A stretch of DNA of 20,000 nucleotides from Seison nebaliae (GCA_023231475.1 JALJEE010003211.1:46717-66716); one strand, 5' to 3'. Shown: positions 1 through 12,901, numbered from the stretch's first letter. The notes: a model not told the origin generated them from the sequence alone. Numbers and translations are program-made.

Positions 1-620
1 TGGGAATTAAGTTACAAATAAAACTTTTTCATCAAGTTCATATTGAAATGTTTTTGGGAGGTGGATATATAATGTTATTGTATATATAAATATACAATAC
101 AATATAAATTTTTATTGGGAGATTATTGGTAAAGGAATAAAAAAAAAGGTCGGATTAATTTGAATATTGGAATCGGTTATAATTCTATCTTATTCCAAAC
201 ATTTATATGAATCGGGACATTGAAAGTTGATAAAAGATAACGAAAGAGGAACATTTTGTAGACGATTCACCGACCGATTGATGACGCAATTAATTTAATT
301 CCGTGACGAGTCTCATTCCGTCAATAAGAGGGAGAATTGTCGATGAATTAGTGGAGATTTATTGATTAATACTTTTTCAATGATCGTCAATCATACCGAC
401 ATTTAGAGAGAAGGAGTTGAAGACTCTGAATGAAGGGAGGGAGTATGTTCCAGAGAAATATCACTGGGAATGATCAATACGAAAACTAGAAGGTAAATTA
501 AAAAGAAATCTACGATTTGAACGAAAGATAAATTGAGAATGGGAAGTTCTCCTCCATCCTCGCCAATCAATAATAGAAAATAAATATTCCCGTCTTTTAT
601 CTCCTCTATCAACGAATCAA

Positions 621-634
621 GAGAGAGAGAGAGA
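621..634. repeat. (GA)7 microsatellite
   Basis: Read directly; a similar (AG)7 run lies at 11612-11625. Confidence 0.85.
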
Positions 635-3600
635 GGTGAAATTTGTTGAACGAAAATGTTATCGTCAATTGATGTGGCAGAGTTGGTTCGGTGATTAATG
701 AAATAGTCATTAAGGGAAGAAAAAAGGAGAAAAGCAGACAGATAAGTGGACGGATAAGTTCAGATGTGAAGAATGATTCCAGTTCGAATGGAGATTGGGA
801 AGAGTGAAGAGATTTTCATAAGACATCCTCTCCCCGAGGACCCGTCCCTTCTTCATTGAAATGTTGTTGTGCATACATCGTTCCGGAGGAGTTGATAGAA
901 TATATTCATCACTCACCTACAAGCCGACTTTATCGATGTATTTCATCGTCGTTTTCCGTTTTCCTACCATTCGTAACGATAAATAACTCTTTTGATTTCT
1001 TCTATTTCCTTTAACAACGATATTTCATCATCGATGAATGGAGGAATTTATCGTTCCATCCATATCTTATCTTTCTTTTCAACTTATATTCAATTCCTTC
1101 TTCGTGTAACTGATATTTATATAGTTTATTTAATCAATATTTAGTGAGGTAACTCTTTACGTCTCACTATCAACGGTACCTTCCCAAATTAGTTGAGTAA
1201 TTACACTGAATAAAGAAACTTTGAAAAATAATATTAATAATATTTATTTAAATTTATCAATTTTTTTAAATTTGTACGATTCTACCGTTCTTCCACATTT
1301 CTTCCTTACCGTTTATTCTATATGTATGTATCCACATGTATTATATACGTATGTATAAGGTGTTTGGTTTAGCTAGGAAAAAATAGAGATACCATCGGCC
1401 TTTTCTTAACGCCAAGGATCATTCGCACTTTTCCACATATCTCTTCCAAATCTTATCAACAATGAACTCTTCTTCCCAATCGAGGAAGGAGGGGTGAGGG
1501 AGTAAATTGTTAAGGTATGTGTCCGATCTCGCAAAAGTTGTTTGTTATTAAGAAGAAAGAAGTGCTAAAACAACTTCCAATTTCACTCCTTTCCACCCGA
1601 AACGAGAGTTAATACAGTTCACATCGGTGTGACCGATCTAGTCGCACGAACCCGAATAAAGTGTATGATAATTCTCAATTCGACCAAAAAGACGTTCACA
1701 AGAAAACATGTCGAAGCATATCGTCATTTCCATCGATCTTTCTTCTTCTTCATTGACAGAAATAGTTCTCCTTTAAAACTTGTTGTTGAGTTTCACACTT
1801 CCATATGAAAAGGTAATGTAGCAGAAAAGACGAATGAAGGAAATAACATCTGAACGTATCCAATTGTATCATGTATCTGAGATGAATAAATGAAAATTTA
1901 CAATTTTGAAATATTTCAATAGGAATCCACAGGATTCCCAATCATTTCTTACATATTAAAATCAAGTTCCATTTCTTTGGGATCCCATCGAAAATGGTCA
2001 ACAGTTCACATGAGAACTGTACTATCCATTCTATAGTAAGGTAGTTAAAGTAAACGGGTGACCAACATATAATTTGGTTTCCATTTTTCTTTCCAAAAAT
2101 CTTATTCATAATTCGATGACTTTTGAATTATCTTGTTGAGATGTTAATGAGAATAAACATCATTAGCTTCGTCAATTCTTCTTGATAAGTAACATCGAAA
2201 ATGACAAACGATTCATAGTGAAGCGTAAGAATGTGAAAAGGCCAAATGGTATGTCAATCAAACTTTTTACTACGAATACTCGACAGAAAATAAGAAGAAA
2301 CTTTCTCTCCCTCCTCCCCCTTCTCCTTCTAATGAAAAGATGAACAGATTTGTTGCTTGTTCAATGTATACACAATTTGCTTCTACTAAAAATGAATTTA
2401 TAAGAACGTATGATCGAAGTAAACTTTTTATTCGTATCGATGTATGGAAAAACCGGAGAAGTTGCCAATTCACTTTTACAACGTCAAATCGGCGGTACAT
2501 AAGGAGAGATTAGGAAAATTGTTGTAACTTTGATTTATCTCATCAATACGGAGCATATGAAGAGGAGATATTGGAGGATATTATCTCCACAATCAAAAAA
2601 GTGGAAGACTAAAATGTTGAGCAAGGCGGAGGAATTTTCTCCACCAATAGAATCGCTATTTGATTGTGACCAGGAAAAGAAGGAAAATTATTTCTTCCAA
2701 ATTCGATCTGAGCGGAAATAATAATTTAATAAGAATGGAAATAACTCTTCACATCGCCCATCAGGAATTGGAGAAGATGAATTATTTTTTTCTTTAGGGA
2801 ATGCTCAATCTTCCTCTAGAAAACATACCAATTCGTTTTACTATGTCTCAATTCGTGATAACTACATTTCTCCACCGACCAATCTCCATGATGAACAGAT
2901 ACTGATATTCGTTTGAACATAAATAAGATAAGAGAATATCGAGAATGTATTTTCTTTCAGAAGACGATGAGAAGAAAAATGAAGAAGAAATATGAAAAGA
3001 TTTGTTGATAGTAAAGTTGTTGATAACTTGAGCTAGAGTTCTTTCTAATACACTTTGTTCTTTCCTCAATTCGTGTCCATCTAAATTTTGTCTGTTTATA
3101 AATACTTGTCAATATCAGTAAAGATAGGCGCTTGTATAACATCAGAATGATTAGTTTGTTTATATGTCAAAATTGTTGGAATGATATTCTTTTTCAACAC
3201 TAACGATGACAACGACACAGTTTCAATTCGGTGTGTCAGTTCGGTTGGAGGGGTAAGGAAAAAATCGGATGGAACTGATGTATGTTCTTCTATTCTTCTT
3301 CTTTTTTCTTCTCCAACTATCATCTCTACTTTCTGGTGATGTCTCTTCTAAGACTCATCTGCTCGCTTAATTTACAATGAATCGTTTAGACTTCATATTT
3401 AGTCAATCGAAACGGTTATTTTTTTGAGTAAGAGAATGAAATGGAATTTCTGATGGACCTATTCCCACACTCGCCACCATTTCCCCCTGAAAAGAAGTGA
3501 GTAGGGAGAAAGTTGGTGTTGAAGGAAAGTATCGAACGATTCTGACTTTCAACATTTTTTTATGGAATGAAACATAAATATCGTAAGTTTTACAGCAGTT

Positions 3601-4432
3601 TTTATATGGATACAGTGACGGAGTGACTTGTATACAGACATACAGCATACAAGATAGGTTGTTGGCTGATAGACGCACACACAAACAGATAGATGAAAGT
3701 AGAAGCAGAGTCATGGATAAAGTTGTATAAATTTGACTAAATGATATTTTCTCATTGTGAATAGTAGTTGTGTTTGATTGCTAAGAACGTCTATTTGCAT
3801 CTTAATTTTCAGAAAAAGATATTAGGGAAGAATCGTTTCATAAACATTAATTTCTAGTAAATGGTTTTTTGACTAATTTGGTTCTTTTTATGAGAGTTAC
3901 ATCTTCTTCCCTTCCCACAGTCTTCATCCTTCTTACACAACAACATGAAATTATGAAAAATTATATAAATATCTTTTTTATCTCGTTATCTTTCTATTTG
4001 GAACTATTTATCTATCGAGTCTAATTATGTTCCATTATCGTATACAAATCGATGTAAGAGAATTGTGTGAATATACATATAGAAGTTGAGAAATAAATAT
4101 ATATCCGTTATCAACGTTGATGTGCATATGTAGAGAAATTGAAAAGGAGTTTTGATAAAACTTTATAGGAAGACGAGTATATACTCAGACATATCAATAT
4201 AGACTTATATATATATATCTATATAGATATTTAAATATATCTATATATTGATCATTATCTATTTCTCTTTAAATTTCGATGAAGTATAACTAAAGTTTTA
4301 TTGAAAATTACATTATTTTATTAAATTACTTTTCATTCTCTTTCTTCGCCTTATCTTTCTGTGTCTCTTTCTTACTCTCTCTCTTCAAAATTATATATAC
4401 ATTTTTTCTTTCCGTTTAATGATATAGAAGTA

Positions 4433-7400
4433 ATGGAGAATTTCACTAATTATCGGAATAATGACATTCGAAATCACGTATCATTAGCTCCATCGTCATC
4501 AACAACATTGGAAGGGACGGAAGTGGCACGATCTGCTTCTTTTACAGAAACTGGAATAAATTTATCAGACTCATCATCATTATTAAGAACATCATCCTCA
4601 TTACTGTCTTCTTCCACTACATCATCATCATCATCATCATCATCATCAATATCATTTCCTTCTCCAAATTCAACAACAACAACAACAATAATTTTAACAA
4701 GCGGAAATGAATCGAATTCATTAATTTCATTATCCAATTCAATTTTATCAGCACAACCGATTTTGGTGGACTCATTAACATCCTCGTCTTACAATCATCA
4801 ATTGGATCAGAATATCATCGTCCAGAATCATATTAAACGACGACAAGAACAGAATGTTGCCCAATTCAAAACTAATAATGAATCACCATTATCTTTATCT
4901 TCTATTTCGTCGTCGTCATTCTCTTCCGTTTCTCCGTCGATCTCTATCTCTCCAAAGTCCGACAATATTTGTCAGATCAAAACGACATTTTGTACCTCAT
5001 CTTTTGCCACCATATCGTCACCAGTCTCAATTTATAATGATAGACAAAAAACATTCGATATTGATCCATTTTCTCGATTCAATTTTCGCTCAAATTGCTT
5101 TCCCATTTCCGATGAAGAGAAGAAAGAAAGAAATGAATGTTTATTACCATCTCCATCTGTTCAAGTTTCATCGTCTGATAAAATGGTTATCATAACATCG
5201 GCAGCCAATCAGCAATCAGATGCAATGAATCGATGGTCGACGAATATCGTTCTATTGAAGGAGTTCGACCAAATAGCCAATTCGGCAAAATATTCCGATC
5301 CGATCTCCTATCACTCCGCCAATAACTTCGATGGGAAACAAGAGAAAATTGAAGACGTTCCCACTTATTTTTCGTCTCGGAAATTGTCTAACGAATTCGA
5401 TTTAAGTGGAAATAATGGAAAATTGAAAAATGAAAATTTCCTTTCACAATATAAGTCGGAATTTGATCCGAATAAAAAAGAATTGTTCGTTCAATTCGAA
5501 AAAGATCAATTGACTGCCAATTATTCACAATCTCATCAATCGAACGATATGATGAAATTGGAGAATGATTATGAGAATAATGGTGAACGATCGTTCGTCA
5601 AATATCCAATCAATGACGCACATAGTCAATCTAATATTCAACCGTATGTTAATTCGAATGATGAGACGAATTCGATGATTCCTGTTATTAATAGTGAGTT
5701 CTGTTTCAATCCGTTGAATATGTCATCACATGATGCGTTATCATTAGAAAATAAACTTTGTAATAATGATTCGTCATATTTGTCGACGGAACATTCTTCG
5801 ATGCGCACCAGTTCTACATCGGGAACCATTTTAACGACTCTCTCTCCACCATCACGATCGATCGCACCATCGTCATCTCCGAAATCCACGACAATCCTCA
5901 ATACTTCCACCGTTTTCTCATCAGAACTCTCGAATACTTCATCGATCCATACTGCCACCACAACCAATAGTACAGTAGCGATACCGATAACGATGACAAA
6001 ATCGAAATCGAATAAGAGAAAGAATAAGAAGAATGATCAAGTGAAAATGGAGAATGATCATAATAATATCACTCATGCATCGAAACGTATTCGAACGACA
6101 TATACAAATAAACAATTAGTTGAATTGGAGAAAGAGTTTCATTCGAATAAATATCTTTGTCGACCTAGACGAATCGAAATAGCAACAGCATTGACATTAA
6201 CGGAACGTCAAGTGAAAGTATGGTTTCAGAATCGTCGAATGAAAGAGAAACGTCAACAGTTGTCACCGAAAGATATGGAAACGGAGAAATTCGATCAAAT
6301 TAATGAAGAATTATCGAACGATGTTTTCTACCCCAATTCATTCCAGAAATCATTACCAGTAACATCTGGCCAATCAATGGATAATTCATCGTTGGAATTG
6401 ACCATATCACCCACCGAACCGTCTTTTTCTCCTTCAGTTCCTGTCTTCCAATCAACCACGTCAGCAATTGATACGAATCAAATCTTCTCCACATCCTCAT
6501 CCTCCAGTGGGAATGATGTGCCAATGTCATCAATCGCTCATCAATCATTCATTAGCGAATTGAATAATGGTGAGTATATGCCAACGAAAAGGAAACAAGT
6601 GAAACTGGAGAATTTTGAAGTGAAACGAAGTGAGAAACAAACTGAAAATAATGAGAAATCAATTGTTGCTAATTATTCCGAATATTTCGATTCGGAATTC
6701 GGGAATTCTCAACCGTTAACTCGATTTTCGTCATTCGATGGAGTGAAAATGGAGAATGTGGAACATAATATCAAATTAGAGAAGAATAAATCCACCATCA
6801 ACAACATATCATCAAAATCGAATAATAGTTTGTTATCGTCATCCTCCACTTTTACTTTACCAACTCCCTCCAACACCACCAAGCACACAACTATGACGAG
6901 TACGTTGTTGACTGAATATGACAAGCCACGATTCTGTCAAACGTCCATAATCAATAATGCCAATGTGGAAAAAGAAAAGAATATGCTCTCAAATTATTTA
7001 TATGGAAATGATAATGATATGAATGATTCATCATTAATTAATCAGATCGATATTATGCAAAATAAATTTTGTTCAACAAACACATTTCCCATGTCGGATG
7101 AGAAGAAAGAAGAAAAATTTAATGTCTTCAAAGAATTCTCGACGGAAACGATTCAATCCAATAAATTATTAAACATCAACAGGAATAACAACAACAGCAA
7201 TAATAAGTATCATCAATCCTCCAACAATTTCAATCATGGACAATTACTAAATAAAATGTCACTTCCACAAACGAATGTCACCGAGACTCGTCAACACATC
7301 GACAACGTAACGACGAAAATGAATATGATGAATAATAATTTCGAACGACACGAATTATTATATAACGATTATCGATCAATACGTAACAGTCAACCAAATG

Positions 7401-7855
7401 CTGAAATGCTGAACACTCCACCGAACACTTCCATCATCGCTCCATCAATACCGTCGTTGGTGAAGAGTTCCATCGGCAACTCGGTTACTGTATCGACAAC
7501 ATCTCCTGTTAGATTAGCGAATTGTAGTCAATTGGCTCAGATACATGCACCAGATAATCAGACGGCGAACAATAATTATTCGTTGTTTTATAGTCCTTAT
7601 TATATGCCAATGGCGGCGGCAGCAGCTTATTCTCAAGAACAAATGTCGATATATCCCTCCCTCTATCATAAGCAGTTATCGAGCAACATCTCCAACAATA
7701 ATCCCACCAATAATTTGACGACGAATAATACGAATACGAATACGAATAATTCGACAATTGCAGCAGCAGCCGCGGCCGTTGAATTACAAATGTTGGGGAA
7801 TGATGTCTTTAATCAACCATTCTATAATTCGTACATGTTATTACCGAATGATTAA
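4433..7855 (+). CDS. Hox2: Anterior-class Hox homeodomain transcription factor, closest to Hox2/proboscipedia; ~1140 aa, Ser/Asn/Thr-rich, one uninterrupted ORF
   Basis: Frame is open 4361-7855. First in-frame ATG is at 4433 (the track's 4361 start is a GTG in a pyrimidine-rich tract); stop TAA at 7853-7855. Encodes homeodomain [61 protein letters not shown]10, K24, [22 protein letters not shown] and KRQ are Hox2/pb-type residues. An upstream exon cannot be excluded. Confidence 0.85.
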   Translation: MENFTNYRNNDIRNHVSLAPSSSTTLEGTEVARSASFTETGINLSDSSSLLRTSSSLLSSSTTSSSSSSSSSISFPSPNSTTTTTIILTSGNESNSLISLSNSILSAQPILVDSLTSSSYNHQLDQNIIVQNHIKRRQEQNVAQFKTNNESPLSLSSISSSSFSSVSPSISISPKSDNICQIKTTFCTSSFATISSPVSIYNDRQKTFDIDPFSRFNFRSNCFPISDEEKKERNECLLPSPSVQVSSSDKMVIITSAANQQSDAMNRWSTNIVLLKEFDQIANSAKYSDPISYHSANNFDGKQEKIEDVPTYFSSRKLSNEFDLSGNNGKLKNENFLSQYKSEFDPNKKELFVQFEKDQLTANYSQSHQSNDMMKLENDYENNGERSFVKYPINDAHSQSNIQPYVNSNDETNSMIPVINSEFCFNPLNMSSHDALSLENKLCNNDSSYLSTEHSSMRTSSTSGTILTTLSPPSRSIAPSSSPKSTTILNTSTVFSSELSNTSSIHTATTTNSTVAIPITMTKSKSNKRKNKKNDQVKMENDHNNITHASKRIRTTYTNKQLVELEKEFHSNKYLCRPRRIEIATALTLTERQVKVWFQNRRMKEKRQQLSPKDMETEKFDQINEELSNDVFYPNSFQKSLPVTSGQSMDNSSLELTISPTEPSFSPSVPVFQSTTSAIDTNQIFSTSSSSSGNDVPMSSIAHQSFISELNNGEYMPTKRKQVKLENFEVKRSEKQTENNEKSIVANYSEYFDSEFGNSQPLTRFSSFDGVKMENVEHNIKLEKNKSTINNISSKSNNSLLSSSSTFTLPTPSNTTKHTTMTSTLLTEYDKPRFCQTSIINNANVEKEKNMLSNYLYGNDNDMNDSSLINQIDIMQNKFCSTNTFPMSDEKKEEKFNVFKEFSTETIQSNKLLNINRNNNNSNNKYHQSSNNFNHGQLLNKMSLPQTNVTETRQHIDNVTTKMNMMNNNFERHELLYNDYRSIRNSQPNAEMLNTPPNTSIIAPSIPSLVKSSIGNSVTVSTTSPVRLANCSQLAQIHAPDNQTANNNYSLFYSPYYMPMAAAAAYSQEQMSIYPSLYHKQLSSNISNNNPTNNLTTNNTNTNTNNSTIAAAAAAVELQMLGNDVFNQPFYNSYMLLPND
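6080..6259 (+). other. Homeobox (60-codon ANTP-class, Q50 homeodomain)
   Basis: Starts TCG AAA CGT ATT CGA at 6080; WFQNRR falls at homeodomain positions 48-53; no intron inside. Confidence 0.97.
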
Positions 7856-8244
7856 TTTCCCTTTTCTCTTCAAGAATTCTTTTCATGACACATCTGATAT
7901 AGTTATCCATATCACTCATGATGATTCTCTTTCTCCGATCATTTCCAATCGGATGATTTGAACTGACTTTTCTCTTCCACATTTTCGCACAGAAATAAAC
8001 ACAAAATTTTCACAATAGTTTCATATCAAATTCGACTTTTTTTTTGATATCTTTCCCTCTTTTCATCAATCTTATCATTATTATTTTCTTTCCATCGATT
8101 TAGATGGATAAATCAATTTTTACATTTTTTATTCGAACGACGAAAAAGAGAATGAAAATTTTAATTACATTAAATTATTTCAAAATATATTTAAATTAAT
8201 TTCTGGTGCCATAAATCTTCCAATTATTCGGTTTCATTTTCATA

Positions 8245-9501
8245 TTAATTTATTAAATTCTTTCGAATTTCATTCAACGATTTCACTTGATATTCCTCTT
8301 CGTCGTTGTCCGTCAAATATTTCAACCACTTCTCCATATCATCATCTGAGTATTGTTGTTCGATTAGAATTGAAGAACTACAAAAAATGTTGAAGCGCAT
8401 CTTTCGAATTATTTTATAGCAGAAAGTGAGTGAATCAGTTGTTAGATGATATTCGAGTCGTTTTCTTAGATTTCCTTCTATCAATTCGCTAAATAAAACA
8501 TGTTCACTCTTTTTCCAATTGAGAATTTCGATACTGAACGTCGATTTTTTGAAAAGGAAAATTATTTTCATCGAATTATCTTCTCCTAAAACGACCGGTT
8601 TCTCGATGTCAAATAAATTGTCGAATCTCCTTAAAACGTCATAAAGAAGTGATTTGTCGATGAGTGGTCGATCTTCATCTGTTTGACTATTGGGTAAATA
8701 GAAGAGATGGAATGAGATGAATGAATCGAAATAAATGAACAAATCATCCAATTTCATTAAGAGCCACAACGATTTATGTGAGGGAGTCAATACGAATTGA
8801 TAACGAAGGAAAAAATGTTGTAGTTGTTGGACGAACATCGGAATATTCTGTCGCACATTGAAGAAATCGTCTAAGATTTCAATCTCTTCAATCGATTCAT
8901 TATTCAAATAATTTATTAAACGATCCCACCAAAAATTTTTCTTTTCCCATTTCGATTGTTCGATCTCCTCACAGTTATCGAACTCGAATTGATTAATGGA
9001 CAAGAATTGAGTTGGATGAGAAATATTCTCCTTTTCTATTCGAATGGACGATGTCATCAATTGATCGATATTCCAAATTGATGATAAATGACAAAGATGA
9101 TTATTAGGCAGGAGAAATTTTATATAAAAGAAATTGATGGAAGCAAACGATAAATAGAAGACAATCTCGTCTTTCTCAAAACATATCAGATTATTATTGT
9201 TATGTGATTGACAATGAAATCGCTTCTCATCCAAACAAGGTATCAATGAAAAATAGCTTTGAAGTATATCCATATCAGTGATATCGATGGATTGGAGGAG
9301 AAGATATATCGGCCTACTCAATTTTTTCAGTTTCACATAATTCTTATTTTGTATACAACTCAATTCATTCTCCAACAATTTATCAGATGATCGTTCACTA
9401 TCGAGAATGACATAGAAGAAAACTCCACAACTTATTAGGGAGCAAATGGAAAAAATGATGAGAAACGACTGCTTACGTGAACATTTGAGAACATTCAACA
9501 T
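8245..9501 (-). CDS. 418-aa type II membrane protein, probable highly divergent fukutin/LicD-family (nucleotidyltransferase-fold) protein
   Basis: Intronless 418-codon ORF. Short basic N-terminus, then one hydrophobic segment (FLIIFSICSLISCGVFFYVIL). The C-terminal half follows the spacing of fukutin motifs as I recall them: HPTQFL..FEFDNC ~ DPMHFV..RFIEC; GEDNSMKIIF ~ GKVEDSLELSF; KRLEY..LTFCYKIIRKMRFNIFC..LIEQQY..W ~ KKFKY..FTLCWTEFVDMKVHVPC..YIEANY..W. The coding call is strong; the family call is moderate. Confidence 0.7.
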   Translation of the reverse strand: MLNVLKCSRKQSFLIIFSICSLISCGVFFYVILDSERSSDKLLENELSCIQNKNYVKLKKLSRPIYLLLQSIDITDMDILQSYFSLIPCLDEKRFHCQSHNNNNLICFEKDEIVFYLSFASINFFYIKFLLPNNHLCHLSSIWNIDQLMTSSIRIEKENISHPTQFLSINQFEFDNCEEIEQSKWEKKNFWWDRLINYLNNESIEEIEILDDFFNVRQNIPMFVQQLQHFFLRYQFVLTPSHKSLWLLMKLDDLFIYFDSFISFHLFYLPNSQTDEDRPLIDKSLLYDVLRRFDNLFDIEKPVVLGEDNSMKIIFLFKKSTFSIEILNWKKSEHVLFSELIEGNLRKRLEYHLTTDSLTFCYKIIRKMRFNIFCSSSILIEQQYSDDDMEKWLKYLTDNDEEEYQVKSLNEIRKNLIN

Positions 9502-10710
9502 AATAATTCTTATCGATTTATATCCTACAAAAATTTAAATGTTCTAACCAGTTGGTAAGTAAGAAAAAATTTTGGTGCAGAACAAAATGTTCATGTTCGA
9601 GTACTAATGATAAAATGATTTTTGAATATTATTCCTCAATTTCATTGTTGTTAACAAATTTTTTTCCATTCAATCCTCCCAACACAACAATCAATTATTC
9701 CCAAAAAAGTAAATTGGAAAATTTCGAAATAGTCTTCAGGAAATCGGTTTTTAATAAACATTTCAATTTATTATTTTATTTATTTATTATTTATTTATTA
9801 AATTTAGCGGATAAAATGCGAAACTAAAACGAAAAAAAAATATGATCATTTTGTAGTTGTTCAAGAATTGACTGTAGACTCCTAGTCTAATAATAATAAG
9901 TTTATAACAACGGATTTACATTAAAAATTATAAATTTATTATATTTGACTTATTTTCAGTGAAATATTTTTAGTTGAATTTGAGAGAAATCGATTTTCAA
10001 ATAATGTATCGACTCGAGCTAGAGTATGACACATAAATGACACAATACTATTCTCGACATTATGCTTTATATGTATAGGACTCATATGAAACCTGGAATG
10101 TTTACCTTCAAATTTATAGGGGAATCGAGCCTCTATACATTTTTGGTTCACGGGCCACATTCACAGCTCAAACATCTATTTTATTGACGTTTAATTTGTA
10201 CTTGTAAGTCATGTCACTCAAAATTAGTAATATCGCCGAAGAATAATGTGGATAACTAATTATGAATAATGAGATTTTTTCATAATGTCTCAGTTCTAAA
10301 ACCAGTACATGAAGCATTAATAAACAATTGGTAATGAGAAAGACTGATGATGAGAGGCTGATCGATATTTAGGTAAATTGGAATATTGAGCCAAGAATTG
10401 GAATGATAATATTAGAATGATTAAGGAGGATAAGAAGAAGAGGTGTGAGAAAGGATGGAGAGTAAAGTAGATATTAGTTTATCGTCAGTATGTTTCTCTA
10501 TTTCCAGTGAGAATAGAACAATTTAACTTCGTTTTATAATTAACCTATAAAGTGATTTTGTGTATGTGTGTGTAGTTACTGCCCTACATTCAACTCCATT
10601 TCCTAAATTTATATATGTATGTGGTATTTTTAATGTCTCATCATATTCATCGTACATACATCAACTGGTTTTATTACGTATACGTAGAAGATTGTCTATA
10701 AATATTGTGT

Positions 10711-10752
<42 letters not shown>
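10711..10752. repeat. Compound microsatellite (TA)10(TG)11
   Basis: Read directly from the sequence. Confidence 0.95.
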
Positions 10753-11976
10753 AATCTAGGACTTATTGTTGTACTATTGTTCTTATTTAATGATCATTCA
10801 TAAAAGTGTTAGCATGTCGTCAATTTATACACAAGTCCAGTTAACGTATTTTTATGTAATCTCCACTATTTATCAGATTAATTGTGGAGATGGAGGGGAA
10901 ATCGAAGAAGAGTTGTGGAGGGCTGAGTCCGAAACAACTGAATAAATTCTTTCTTATTCGAAGAGTTTCCTCTTGCATTTCCCTCTTCATTTCTCTTCTC
11001 TACAATTTGGCGTGAGATCGAGACGGAAGAAGGCGTATTTTCTGTCAATTGAATTGCGGACAATTTAGAAGATTTACCTATATTCACTACTCTTAATTTC
11101 TTCCCTTTGAACTTGAGAAATTTCGACAGGGTGTCTGGTTGTCTTTCCATGAAAGACTAGGATTAATCGATTGGAATAACTGAACGAGAAGAATTTGAAG
11201 TGAATTATATTTCTCCTCAAAATTTTTCTTCGTAGTTAATTTGAGAGGAAAAGTCTAAATGAAAAAAAAAATCGATTAGAAATGAGTAATATTTAGTAAA
11301 ACTGATAGAAGTCTCGATGTCGCATGTTAACTGGTATTGTTGTTGTTATGATGATAATGATGAGGATAATGTATCTCTTTTTGGTTTCTTATTTTTACGA
11401 TGTCGTTTTTGAATATAAATGTTTTCCATCTAATATTAATAATTAAGTGAATGATGTGGTTGTGGGGAGGCAGTGATGAAAGAAAAAAAATTCCTGGATG
11501 ATATTTATGAGATTCTTCTCATTTCGATTCAATAAATAGTTTCTCTGTCTCTCCACATGAATGCGTGTGCGTATGTGTGTATGTCAGTGTATTTGTGAAT
11601 GAGTGAGCGATAGAGAGAGAGAGAGATGATTAAAATATATTTCATTTTTTTTTCATATGATAATTTTGAGAAAGTGATATTATAGTTGTTGAATGATTTC
11701 TTCCTATTTTTATTCCGAATTGAATGAATTAAACAGATTTCGACATTTACAGATCGAACGCAGTAAAATGCGAAGGAAGATGTTGAAGTGAAATTGGTGT
11801 AATGAGAGAAAGATTAATTATGAGTCTTTAACTAATATCATTTCCAATAATTTCAATAATTGTGCAAGTTGAAGAGAATTGATTAAATTGTCAGTGTGAG
11901 TGGAAATCGAATAATTAGATTAGATTCATCGAACAGTCAATGAATTTATGTGAGAGAGACAAGAAGTGAGTAAAGG

Positions 11977-12534
11977 ATGAAGGAAGGAGGAAATTTGAAT
12001 ATGGACAATGGGAAGAAACTGATGAGATGTAACGAGCAAAGTAGTAAAATGGCAGGCACTAATAATATGGAGCGAAGTAACGTTCATTCGTTAGTGGCTT
12101 CGTTACGCGATGTTCTTTCCACAAAGAAAAAGGAAGATAATATGGAGGAGGAGAACGGAGAAATAGTCAATCAGTTCCTCTCACAACTATTGACACAGAT
12201 TGATGGCATGACAACGGCTTCTCTTACACCATTAATGCAGCAGTTGAATGGAATGCACGGGAAGGATATACATGAATCTCGAAGTACAATTTTAAATATT
12301 GTTAAAGAAACATTAGAAGCAAATTTGCAGAATTCTAATGAAAATGAACATTCCTCAATAATGCATTCGTTGAATGAGGGAAAACTAAATAATAATACTA
12401 ATTCCAATCTCATTTCACCTTCGTCTTTGAACTGCACGACAACATCTAATATTAATCGATCGACATGCATCATTTCTGCGACGTCATCAAACAACATTTC
12501 TACTCCTCATAACAACAACAACAATCATAATAAT

Positions 12535-12573
<39 letters not shown>

Positions 12574-12901
12574 CATTATCCTTATCAATCATTCTCCAAA
12601 CATTATCGATTAGTCACATCTATACCCACGACAATAATAACAACAAGAACGGGAAATATTAATGTGTCGAATATTCCACATCCAACCAACAGTTTGTTGA
12701 GTACCGATAATAAATTTATTAATCCAAAATCATTCATATTGCCATCAACCGTTTCTGCAGGAATCGTACCAGCAGTCACTTCCGTTTCAGCTACCACGAA
12801 AAAATCGGCAAAAAAATTCAAATATCAGATGGAGAATAAATTCGTCGATTACAGTTACACCAAACAAGCACCACCAATCGACGTCATCGCACTCATACTC
12901 C

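Noticed and set aside
363..2538. TGATNNAT Hox/Pbx-like sites (363, 692, 2531) as autoregulatory elements
   Set aside because: Expected by chance in DNA this AT-rich; no conservation data available.
403..3714. Short 60-103 aa ORFs upstream of the Hox gene
   Set aside because: F/L/I/K-rich translations typical of AT-rich non-coding DNA; no domains and no consistent exon chain.
1..4360. Hox-associated microRNAs (miR-10, miR-993)
   Set aside because: I did not see the mature sequences while reading by eye.
4361..4432. GTG-initiated 24-codon N-terminal extension of the Hox ORF
   Set aside because: Artifact of alternative starts in the ORF track; the sequence is a pyrimidine tract and ATG 4433 is the more plausible start.
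4474..7757. Antisense ORFs rich in D/V/E within the Hox gene (also within the NCoR-like gene, 12171-15448)
   Set aside because: They are reverse-strand shadows of TCA/ACA/AAT codon runs, with no independent protein features.
9870..10330. Stretch that looks compositionally different, possible transposon relic
   Set aside because: No terminal repeats, target-site duplication or transposase-like translation found.
10878..11429. 90-aa minus-strand ORF and a nearby short MENIYIQKRHRK ORF
   Set aside because: No recognisable homology, and I could not join them into a continuous spliced frame; a small gene or lncRNA is not excluded.
12877..12900. IDVIALIL (and LIETIKNEI at ~14593) as relocated CoRNR boxes
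   Set aside because: Only partial matches to LxxI/HIxxxI/L; too short to support.
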